A DNA stretch of 64,000 nucleotides from Marsupella aquatica. Taxonomy: Eukaryota > Plantae > Marchantiophyta. Position 1 is the stretch's first letter; each line of letters starts with the position of its first letter. Made by a program: the position numbers and the translations under genes. Positions 48,608 through 59,030 of this stretch are shown here, in pieces. Where the stretch lies: positions 21,239,355 to 21,303,354 of the forward strand of contig OZ316897.1 of NCBI GenBank assembly GCA_973895155.1, given 5' to 3'. The notes under the pieces are model-generated. The model saw only the letters and a list, made by a program, of their open reading frames with translations. It was not told where the DNA came from and made no database searches.

Positions 48608-51600
48608 TGTTAGACAATGGCTATAATTCATACACCAACAACACAAGGATAATCTTTTCATGAGCCAATGTGGCTTATAAGGTGTTACACATTGGATGGT
48701 TATAACTACCTTCTCCTAGTCTCATGACTCTCTATATCTAGTCCCTATATACCCCTTTGTATCACTCTATGAGTTAGGGTTAAGTGTATTCTAACACTCC
48801 CCCTTGGTTACTTCAATAGAAAGTAACCATTCTATAGAATAGAGTTAATCCTAATTCAAGGTATATTAGAACTTATAAACGACATGATCTCATTAAAAAA
48901 CCCCCTGCTTTCTTCTTTGGGGTAAAAAGAGTATCACTGTCTTACATGTAATAAGTTCGTTAAGTTGAGGGGACTGAGTATATGCTAAGTAGTAATGTGT
49001 CATTCTACCAGGTATTACGGGTTTAGGGTGATCGTAATAATAATGCCTGAAACGAGTAGTTGAGGGCATTTAGGTACTAGGGAAAATCTGAGAGTTTGCG
49101 TAGGCCGATTCCTGTCGAGTGTGCTTCGTGCAGGACACGAGGTAAGGGCTTCGTGAATAGATCGGCGCGATTGTCTTTGGAAGGTATCCATTGGACGTTA
49201 ATCTGATCACCATGCTGTTCATGTGTATGGAAGAATTTAGGTGCTATGTGCTTAATTCGATCTCCCTTGATAAATCCTTTAGCAATTTGGTCAACGCAGG
49301 GTCTGTTATCTTCGTAGATGATTGTTGGTTTGGTGAGGACTTCTTGACCGGTGGAGACGTGGATATGGTTGATAAGTTGGCGAAGCCATAAGCATTCGCG
49401 ACTAGCTTCGTATAGGGCGATTATTTCCACATGGTTGGAGGAAGTTGTTGTCAGTGTCTGCTTAGCACTTTTCCAGGATATTGCCGTGGATCCTTGCAGG
49501 AAGACATAGCCCGTCTGGGACTTGGCATCATCAGGATCGGAGAGGTAACCTGCGTCAGCGAAACCAATCAGTTCATTAGGCATATCTTTAGGAAAGTAGA
49601 GGCCAGTGTCAATCGTACCTTGGAGGTAGCGCAGAATTCTCTTGATAGCTGAGTCAGGGAATTGAGTTCTTAGGCGTATAATCTGAGTTAGTAGGCGAGC
49701 AAATACCAGATTTTGGGTGGAGATTAGTGAGACCGAGGACCATTTCGTGGATGAGCATATCATCACTAGAAAGAACCGAAATGGTCCACTTGGTGGGTCT
49801 ATTGGGCCGCAGACATCCACGTTTATCTGTGAGAGGAAATCAGGTATGTGGTGGGTGTTTTTAGTGGTGGCAGGCATTGTAATCAATTTGCCTTGTGCAC
49901 ATGGGATGCATGTCTCATGTTTAGATGATGGATGGACTCCTTGGGGAATGCCCGTGGTGTTCTTGAGGATTTTGTGGTACATTCCTGGGCCAGGGTGGCC
50001 AAGGCGGAAATGCCATAGTTCTGTGGGTGATAAGGGTTGGGCCTGTGAATGATAAGCTGTAATTTTGGTGGCGTATACTCCAGGGGGAAGAAGTGGTGAG
50101 GTCTCTAGTATGATTGGGCCAGTATCAGTTTCCTGAAAGATCTGCAAAGCATCTACTTGGTGGTCAGGTGCAGAGCGAATGTGGAGGTTGTTTTGGTGAA
50201 TATCGTGGAAGCTGAGTAGATTTCTGGTTGCAAATGGGGCGTAGATGGCAGATTGGATTTGAATAATTGTGCCATTCGGGAGGGTGAGTTCAGCGGGTCC
50301 GTGTCCTTCCTCTAATTGGTTTATACCTGTAATGGTGGTCACAGGTCTATTGGATGGGGATATGTGCTGAAAGTATTGTTTATCTTTTAATATTGTGTGA
50401 GAGGTGCCACTGTCGAGGATGCAGGTATAGATGTCGGAGGGTGAGTTGGGGTTCTTTCCCTGTAATACCATGTGTATATCTGGTGGGGGCGTTGCAAGTG
50501 TGTATTGTGAGAGGTCTTCATCAATCTCAAGGTGGTTTGCGGCTATGGCCGTGTTCGTGGTTTGCAGAGAGGCCTGGTATAGTTTGACCAGGTGGGATTG
50601 GACTTTACAGTTCTTGTTGATATGACCAGGTCCGCCGCAACGGAAACACTTAGCCTGATTCTTTGTGGGTGTGATGTGTGCAGGTATGTTTTGAGTATAA
50701 TTTGGCTTGCGTTGCCAAGGATTCGTGGTTGGCTTTGTGGTGCCGTTGTCCGTGCGTGTTTGGCGTCTCCAATTAAATCTTTTGAAGCGGCCCGTATTTC
50801 TTCTAAGAGGGCCATTGTTGCCTTTGTAAGAGGGATTACCTCTGTTGGTACTCGTGAATTGGGTTTCAGTCCTGGGTAGCTTACCTGGTGGTCTTTCTCG
50901 GGAGTTCTTAAGGAGAAGGAGATCGTTCTTCTCAGCCAGGAGCATAACTGCAATTAGATCAGAGAATTGGGTGAAGTGGCGTTGTTGGTAGATCTGTGAC
51001 AATTGCATATTCGTTGCAGAGAATGTGGAGAGTGTTTTTTCGATCTTGGCTGCCTCGTTGATGGGTTCTCCACATGTTGCGAGTTGAGCAGTTATACGAA
51101 AGAGGGCACTGTTGTATTTTGCAATAGTCGGGTAATCTAGGACTCTTAGATGAATCCATTCGTTGCGAGCGGCTGGAAGGGAGATTAGGCGGAGGTGATC
51201 GAACCTCAATTTTAGAGCATCCCAAAGGGCTCTCGGGTTATACTCTGTGAGGTATTCAAGTTGTAAATCAGCGTCTAGGTGATGGCGGATAATGTACAGG
51301 GCCTGGGCCTTCTCCTGTAATGTTCCATAATTGTCCCCCAATAAAATATCGCCGAGGCCTTTCATGTTGAGAACGATTTTGGCATTCTGTGCCCAAGAGA
51401 AGTAATTCTCGCCGTCTATTATAAGTGACGGGAATTGGAGCTTCTCCAAAGTTGTCATTGTCAGGTTAATTGAAGTCTAGTAGCCCTGGGGAATTGGTCG
51501 TGGTCTGTGTAAATCAGGGTGCGGGCGGTGAAGAATTGTCGATGACAATTGGAAGTTATCAAAGAGAGAAAGAGGGAAAAAAAAACATAAGCTCGAGAAG

Positions 51601-51818
51601 ATTGAAGGGCATAAAACGTGCTGATAACGTGTTAGACGATGGCTATAATTCATACACCAACAACACAAGGATAATCTTTTCATGAGCCAATGTGGCTTAT
51701 AAGGTGTTACACATTGGATGGTTATAACTACCTTCTCCTAGTCTCATGACTCTCTATATCTAGTCCCTATATACCCCTTTGTATCACTCTATGAGTTAGG
51801 GTTAAGTGTATTCTAACA
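48608..51818 (-). mobile_element. Ty1/copia element F, Bianca-like, non-autonomous internal-deletion derivative
   Basis: 189-bp LTRs at 48608-48796 and 51630-51818 (1 mismatch). TSD AAACC on both sides. PBS CGTTATCAGCACG (51617-51629), typical of Bianca. PPT at 48797-48806. Confidence 0.94.
49077..51458 (-). CDS. Copia F gag-PR-partial INT fused in frame to RNase H (RT deleted)
   Basis: Bianca-type gag (IIRHHLD..EYLT), CFRCGGPGHINKNC, ILDSGTSH, WHFRLGHPG. Junction QFPDSA-IKRILRYLQGT, then RH motifs GFADAGY and KHIAPKFF. No YVDD. Confidence 0.9.
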   Translation of the reverse strand: MTTLEKLQFPSLIIDGENYFSWAQNAKIVLNMKGLGDILLGDNYGTLQEKAQALYIIRHHLDADLQLEYLTEYNPRALWDALKLRFDHLRLISLPAARNEWIHLRVLDYPTIAKYNSALFRITAQLATCGEPINEAAKIEKTLSTFSATNMQLSQIYQQRHFTQFSDLIAVMLLAEKNDLLLLKNSRERPPGKLPRTETQFTSTNRGNPSYKGNNGPLRRNTGRFKRFNWRRQTRTDNGTTKPTTNPWQRKPNYTQNIPAHITPTKNQAKCFRCGGPGHINKNCKVQSHLVKLYQASLQTTNTAIAANHLEIDEDLSQYTLATPPPDIHMVLQGKNPNSPSDIYTCILDSGTSHTILKDKQYFQHISPSNRPVTTITGINQLEEGHGPAELTLPNGTIIQIQSAIYAPFATRNLLSFHDIHQNNLHIRSAPDHQVDALQIFQETDTGPIILETSPLLPPGVYATKITAYHSQAQPLSPTELWHFRLGHPGPGMYHKILKNTTGIPQGVHPSSKHETCIPCAQGKLITMPATTKNTHHIPDFLSQINVDVCGPIDPPSGPFRFFLVMICSSTKWSSVSLISTQNLVFARLLTQIIRLRTQFPDSAIKRILRYLQGTIDTGLYFPKDMPNELIGFADAGYLSDPDDAKSQTGYVFLQGSTAISWKSAKQTLTTTSSNHVEIIALYEASRECLWLRQLINHIHVSTGQEVLTKPTIIYEDNRPCVDQIAKGFIKGDRIKHIAPKFFHTHEQHGDQINVQWIPSKDNRADLFTKPLPRVLHEAHSTGIGLRKLSDFP

Positions 51819-53333
51819 AAACCCATATAAAATCACACTTTAATAGGGAGCACTCAGTATAATAAAATAGGGAGCACAGTTAGAATTTCTAATATTTAAA
51901 TGGGTCTAAACCATTTTCAAATTCATAGAAAATACAGCAGCATCAAAGAAATAATATCACTCTCTTGAGCAAGTCACTGGGTTCACCATTATAAGTGTCA
52001 AAATTGATGACAAGCTCCTCATTTACTACTTCCTTCAATATTTATAAACTGAAATTCATCTTGTGACTAACTACTCTTTGGTCACAGACATAATTTATGG
52101 GTCAAACCTGGCTTTAAATTAAACTTAAATAATGCCCTTTGTGATTTTTCCTTTCGTACTTTTCAGGGCAGCCACTCTGGGAGCATAACGCCCTGGTCAA
52201 AATCTGGATCATCTATTTAGGAAGATTCTCCTGTACTTTTACTAGAGTTAGCAAAAATTACTCAGGCCTTGAAGTGTAGTAAGGTCCTATTTCAGGACAA
52301 TATGGGCAATAATAGCCCCTCAAAACTAAAACTGAAGCTCCCATTTTTTTGGAATTATATCCCACTAGCACAATACCCATGTGTTGCACAAAATATGTTT
52401 GTGGAAAAGTTGTTGTTGTGTAAATTTGTCATTTGTAGAAAAGACAATATTGTGCTCATGAGGTCATTGTGTAAAGATGGTTGCGGAGAAAAAGTCCTTG
52501 CACAAAGCTCATGCAGGCTACCCGTCAGACAAAGAAAGAGCAAATATTTAATAAAATCTCTGTTGTGGAAAATATGTCATCCTTGTCCCATCCATTGGTA
52601 GGAATCATATTAGACTTTGATTCTATTTTTTTTAATTTGCTTAGTTTCTTACCTAGTGTCCTGCCTAGTGTCATATTGGTAGCTTAGAAATTTTTAAACC
52701 GACACCCAACTCGCACCTCAAAGAAAGTTGCCCCTCTCTCTCACTAAAGGGGAAGAAAGCCACACCACACAACGACCAAAACACAACATGGCCTATCAAA
52801 CCCCAAAAAACTACTTCTACACGTACCTCCTGAAAAATGGATAGACTGAGGCAAAACCTTTTTCTAACAGAGGTTAAAAATATTCAAAAAGGCTAGGGAA
52901 ATTAAATTTCCTGCTCATCCGGCCTTCTTTCATTCCTCCTACTCATATGTCATACTCACATACTTGACGATGGAGTGTAGGCAATACATAATTAAATGTA
53001 TACCTTGCACTTCAGTTACCACATGTACTAATGTGAAACTTTGGACAGGTACTCATGTGAAATATGTTCGCTCAAGTTTGGACACGTATCTAAGTATACA
53101 TTTGGTTATTTTAATAGCTTGTCTGATTTTCAGAGGATTCCACAACCCAAGAAACTGAGAGATCAAATGTGAAGGCTCTCATAGATGGAAATTATTTGTC
53201 TCTCCCTCCTTCCATTTCTCCCCCTTGCCATCTCAAGGCCCAAGTGTGAGATATTGCTCTAGTCTTGTGACTCATGAGCTAACCATAGTTAGTCTAACTC
53301 GGGTTAGGACTTAGCTAATGTTAGCGATAGTGC

Positions 53334-55723
53334 TGTTGTGAATATAGCCAGGGCTGATGCCAGACCCTGGTGGAACTTAGGCTCATTGTTATGGAGCTAG
53401 TTGAGAGATAGGGAGAGCTGTGCTGTGGATGCTTGGTATGGCCATTTGGTTTAGAGTGTAGTAAAGCTCTTGTGTGTTCTTGTGGACGTAGCCTCATGTG
53501 GAGGTGAACCACGTATCTCTCTGTGTCGACTCTTGTACGTTGGATGGTTCATGGGCTTGCAGTTGCAAATATTGTCTATGCTCAACAAGTGGTATCAGAG
53601 CATGCCTGGGAGGTGACGAGGTTTTTTTGTGACAGGTTTTTCCAGCGTTCATTGTCGGTGGCACATTTGGAGTTGTGTCGCATGAAACTTGAATGTGTGT
53701 GGCTGAGCGGATAGGTTAGTGAGAGGGTTTTCTAACGGTGGTTAGAACTCGCTAATTAGTATCCGTGGTGTGGAGGAATCAAAGTTTGCGTTGTTCAGGG
53801 TTTATTCGTGTTTGACGGTATTTTTTGGGGGGAGAGACCAGAGATCTATTGTTTTTTCAACGGAGTGCGCTGTGCGGTGTTTGGGAGATTGCACATTATA
53901 GCTCAAGTTGAAGGTTGAAGCGAGCTGGTTGTTTCGGTAGCTAATTTGCTGCGGAGTTGTTACCGAGTGCGTCGTGATGAGAGAAGGGGGAGTTCAGGTT
54001 TTTTCACAAGCTATGGAGCTTGTTCCCATCTGAACCGGGTTTCTCTTTGTAACATTCGACTCGGTGGAAGAAACGCGAAGTGCTACGGCTCAACGGTTTG
54101 ATCGCGGCGAGGCGATCATTTTGAGCTCGGGATTGGCACTTGACGCGGAGTGAAGATGACGCGATGGAAGTCTTTTACTCTGTTGGATCTGCAGACTGCG
54201 CCGGTGCAATTTGGCAACATTTCCCATCGGCGGCGTTCACTTTACTTGTGAGAAACGACGATAATTTAGGTGACTGTGCAATTGTCCTTTTTCTTGCGGG
54301 GGAGTTTTTTTTGCCATTTTAGGGGGGTTTTAGGGGTTAAAACTGTGTGTATACACATGAGGTGTATACACACTTTGTGACGGCCCCGCTCCTCCCCCTG
54401 CGTACTAATATTTCCCCCACCCCCCCGCACCCTATTTTTTAGGCCACCACGCAGCGTCGGCCGGCACGAAAGTTGTTGCCCGGCAGTTGCCCTCCCTTCG
54501 ACCCTCGTCGCCCCCGCTTCATTTGGGCTGCCACTCGCGCGCCAGCGCGGCTTTGCCTTACGCCCTCGTTCGGACCCTCCCTTTGCAGCCATTGAAAGTC
54601 GGGGGGCTCCCTCTGGCTGGCCCCTGCTTGCACCCGTTGCCACCCTGCATCGCGACCGGGACCTCGCGCTCGCCACCCTTAGGCTACCGGCGCCTGGCTT
54701 CCACCTGCTCGCGCTCGCCTGCCTTGGGCTACCGGCGCCCCTGTACGCTCGCTCCTCCTCCCCGGCCCGGCCTACTATATACGCGGCTGCCCAGATACTC
54801 CTTTCGACATACGCCCCAACACGATACCTGTATTTTGGATTTAAGGGGCGTTTGCACCCCTTTAGTGCCCATTTTTAAGCCTTTTCTTCCTCTTTGCTTC
54901 TCCTTTGATGTCGGGACATGTCGCCCTCCGTTTTAACCGCTATGACAGGGGGAATGTACCCCTGTAAGACCTGTCGGACTGTGCAGGAATATTCTCAAAA
55001 AATAGAGAGCTATTTTTTGGCTGTTCGACAAAGATTCCGTCCGCTGAACGGTAACTTTTTTGGTTCTTTTTTGGTGAGGACGTAGCCATTGAAGTTGGCA
55101 ACGCGGTGCACCAATCACATTGCAATTCCAATGACGGGTTGTACTTGGTAATTTGGTTATTCTCTGAGGTGGTCAAAACTGGGGAGTTTCCTAGGGTTTT
55201 ACCCATCCCGACCAAAATTTGTATAATTTTTCCTCGACTTTTGATTTTGATTTTGACTTTCAGTATTGGACTCCTACCTTCATGGGCTACGCAACGGTGT
55301 TGAGGTTTGAGTTTGATGAGAAGTTTCAAAAAAAGATGTTTTTTTGTGCTTGTTTCATATGAGTGACTCGGAGGATATTGGAAGAATTGACGTCGGTGGA
55401 GCTTCAGGATCGCGATGGTCAGATGGAGAGTCTGAGGAGGAGCTGCTACCGTTTGAGGAGGAACAAGTATCACCGGTACGATCACCGGTGCGGCGTGCAG
55501 TGGAGGAAGCTGTACTACTACGAGAGCTGTCGCTAGTTGGGAAGAAGAGGGAGATGGCTAGATTTGGAGGAGTGAAGTTTGAGGTGGAGAAGTACAATGG
55601 TTGTACTGATTACTTGTTGTGGGAGAAGCAAGTGAAGGGTGTTCTTTGGGCCATGGGTTTAGCTCATCTGCTCTCTTTGCGAGAGCAGTATGATGGAGAA
55701 GAGGAGATCTCTGAGAAGCAGTG
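53334..55723 (+). mobile_element. Ty1/copia element E (relative of D): 5' LTR, PBS, leader and start of gag; interrupted by element C
   Basis: LTR about 53334-53587 (TGTTG..CAACA; start inferred), with U5 similar to D. PBS TGGTATCAGAGC at 53590-53601. Leader aligns with the D leader. Confidence 0.85.
55359..55723 (+). pseudogene. gag: Copia E gag N-terminus
   Basis: SPVRRAVEEAVLL...KFEVEKYNG.TDYLLWEKQVKGVL is homologous to D gag. It breaks inside the W codon of EKQW. Confidence 0.85.
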
Positions 55724-58700
55724 TGGGATGGCTCAGTGTCAGCTAGTGTAGAGAAACATGACATTCTTTCGTTTAGAAGAGGAAATAGTTAGGGAAAAAG
55801 TTTTAGTGCTATCAGAGTAGCTAGGTTTAGGGCACTTAAGTAAGAAGGGAAGCTTAGTAGAGGTAAGAGGGAATTTAGTTATGCAAAGTTATCTAGGGGT
55901 AAGCAAGTTACTATAGGAGGGGCAGGAAACTAGTCCGTCCTTAGTTATAATAGGCGACTAAGTCGGGACCGAAAAATGACCCGACACCGGACATCTTATT
56001 TTTGGCTGATATTTCTCCCATGGGTGCTGGGAGGTCCCTAGGGAACCCTGAAAAAGTATGAAGTCAAGTGGGGTCTTAACCTAGGAGTTATAAGTATTTT
56101 GGCAAAAATCAAAGTTACCAAATAGCGGGTCCCGGGAAAAATAGCTGATGGGTAAATGTAGGGGTTCCAAGTTTGGAAGTGGGTTAAGTATGGTCCCCTC
56201 TATCCCTAGAAACTTGTGGGACAACTTTGTCACACTTGGTTACTTTTTGGGAGCATCTCAAAGTTGAGAAGAATTTTGGAAGACATAAAGACTTGACCCT
56301 CTTTGCCTAATTTTAGAAAAGTTGTTATAGGGTTTTGTTTATATCTTAGTAAACCCGGACATAGTCCTATGTCCATAGAATCAGTGGAGCTACTCAGAAG
56401 TCCTTTTGGACTTATGTGTGAGTTTTGGAGGGGGGTCCAAAATCGCCCCAAAATGCTGTTTTTTCAAAAAAAAAAATGTATTTTTTTCTAAGTGTAAACC
56501 GCGTGGGCGACGATCACGCGGCGAGCACGAGGCAAGGAGGAGCGAGCACGAGGCAAGGAGGAGCAAGCACGAGGCTGGTGAGGACGTCAAGCACCGGGAG
56601 GCTGTCCAAAGGTGCTGCATGATTACTTGAGGAATCAATTGAGCACAAGGGCGGCTGAATTGAAGGAAGGGCGGCTGAATTGAAATGGCTGCTGCTGATT
56701 GAAGAAGCAAGGGCTGTTGCTGATTGAAGAAGCTATGGCTGCTGAGAAGGAAAAGAGCTATGGCTGCAAATTAGGATCGCTGCTGGCTTTGAATTGGGAA
56801 GGCTGCTTGCTGCTATGACAGCTGCACACTAGATTAGAGGTGCTCCTACTAATCAGGCACGAGATGCTCATGAGAATTGGCTGGCTGCTGCCTTGATGCT
56901 GCTGAATTGAATGATGCTGCTGCTAGCTGCGAAATTGCAAAGGTGGGCAGCTACGAAATTGAGAAGAGAGACCTGCTTGACTGAGAAGGAATCAAGCTAT
57001 GGTTGCTGCTGCTGTGCTTCAAATCTGCTGTTGTTGTGCTGTAAATGCGCTGATGTGACTGTGCTGCTAGCTGCGAAATTGACTGTGTTGCTAGCGGCAA
57101 AATTGAAGAGGTGGGCTAGCTGCGAAATTGACTAGGCTGGCTGTGAGCTATGGTGGCTGTGAAATTGAGGGGCTGGCGGCTGATCAGCTGGACTGCTGCA
57201 CAAGAAAGAATCCAATAGAGAATGCTGTGGTTTTAGATTGAATTCACGAGAGAGAAATGGCTGCAAACATTGCTGTCCTTACAATTTCTTCATAAGAAAC
57301 ATGAGTATAATGAGAGTGCTCTCCCCTCATGACACGTGGAATCCCCATAAGGGGCATGTAAGGTAAGTGTAATCGGGCCGCCGCTTACACCCGCTTTACA
57401 CCAAAAACAGGCCTTGGGAGAATGGGCATAACTTTGGCTAGAGGTATCCGTTGGGGCCCAAATTTTTTTGTGCTGAGTTAGGGGAAGATAAGGCACCCCC
57501 TGGTGAAGGTGGAACCCCAGAAAAGTAATCACTCAAATATATTTTTAACCGAGGCCACGAGGGAGTCCCGACAACTTGCAAACCAAAGTCGGCATAGGGG
57601 AATGAATACCAGATTTAGGGGCTGACCTTTCTTGCACCCATACCACTTGAGTTAGGCTCTAGAGAAGGGTACTTACCTTTGGCCAAAGGTGTAAGGCCAT
57701 CAAGTTAAGAAAAGTAAATATAGGGGGTAGTTTACTTAGGGTAGTAAAGGGGTTACAAGTAAAATAAGGCCAACTTTGACTAGGCACAACTTGAGACTCA
57801 CTCACTCTTTTTGCGAGCTTTCAAGTGGGTTGGTAAGCTGGTGAGGAGGACCATAAGTGGGAGTAGGTTTGGAAGTCAAAGCATACCACTCATGTGTGGC
57901 ATATTCCAGGGCTTGGAAGGAGGCAAAATAGCAAGTAGTAGGGTGGGCTATGAACTATAGAGTTGGACTTTGTGTGTTAGGAGGACTTGGGGGAGGTATA
58001 GTTGGACCCCAGGTCAAGCTTGGTGTGATGTGGAAGGAGATAGTATATAAGGAGGAAGTTTTCATTTGTTAGGGACCGGGAGTCTCATCTCTTAAGTGAA
58101 ATCTCTACCTTGCCAAGGTAGGGCTAAGCTTGAGAAAGGAGAGGTGGTCCATGCTTAGTGTGGAGAATGTGTAGTGAACTTTTGTTGTAAAGGTGATGCA
58201 ATAAAAGGAGACTTACCAATCTTCATTGTGACCATTAAGTGTGAGTGCATTTGAAGTATATGAGAGCAAGAGAAGAGTCCATGCTATGGTATAATCTTGG
58301 TCTAAGCTTGAAGGGGATGTGCTAGTACAAAACCAAGGCCAAGGAGGCAAGGTTAAGGTATAGCATTACTTTGAGACTTAGAGAGGATTATAGCTTGAGG
58401 GTGGAAAGTACTTTGCTTGGTGTGTGGTGTTAACAAGAAGTAAGAACAAGAGGAAGAGTCCTTAGATAGAGGAGCCTTCTCTAGGGCTCAAAGGGGATGT
58501 GTGGACCCAAACCAAGGCCAGGGGGGCAAGGTTGAGGGGTAACACTACTTTGAGGGTCTTGAGGAGACTTAAGCTTGAAGAGGAAAGTACTTTGGGTTCT
58601 TGGGTGTTTGTGTGAGAATCTACTCTAAGGTGACAGCTTGGAGCGGAGATCCCCCTTGCTGATCCTTGGAGTAGAGGAGAGGGGAAGGGGTGAGTACAAA

Positions 58701-58896
58701 AGTAGTCAAGGGGACTACCTCTCTAGAAGTGGAGAGTTGAAACTACTTATGTATGGAGTGATTGGACATTGTAAGCACACTTCAGAAGTTTTGTCAATCC
58801 TTTGTGACCCTGGTATGACATGGAGCAGGTATTAGGTAGTCTTTTGGGGAGAAAAGCCGCTTAAGCTCCTTGGCAAGTGTTTGACATAGAGTCCCA
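55724..58896 (+). repeat. 5' LTR of element C (~3.17 kb, no long ORF, several internal short repeats)
   Basis: Termini TGGGA...TCCCA (the start could be 55722). Internal repeats at about 56520-56575 (21 bp x3), 56915-57170 (GCTAGCTGCGAAATTG) and 58311-58410 / 58491-58590. TATATAA at about 58044. No second LTR in the window. Confidence 0.7.
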
Positions 58897-58906
58897 CCCT
58901 TGTTTT

Positions 58907-58924
58907 TGGCGCCGCTGCCGGGGA
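58907..58924 (+). promoter_or_regulatory. PBS of element C, tRNA-Asp type
   Basis: TGGCGCCGCTGCCGGGGA, one mismatch from the Athila-type TGGCGCCGTTGCCGGGGA. Confidence 0.85.
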
Positions 58925-59030
58925 CAACTCTTTACAGTTTTTGTTGGAGTGGAGCCACAAGACTTGGAGGTGTGTTTGCAGGTTTGCTGTTCAAGAGAAG
59001 AAGGGAGATAAGAAGGTGATTGTGAGTGGC

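Noticed and set aside
47000-53330. Possible older repeat or solo LTR flanking copia F
   Set aside because: Repeat-like composition, but no termini, TSD or coding remnant could be identified by eye.
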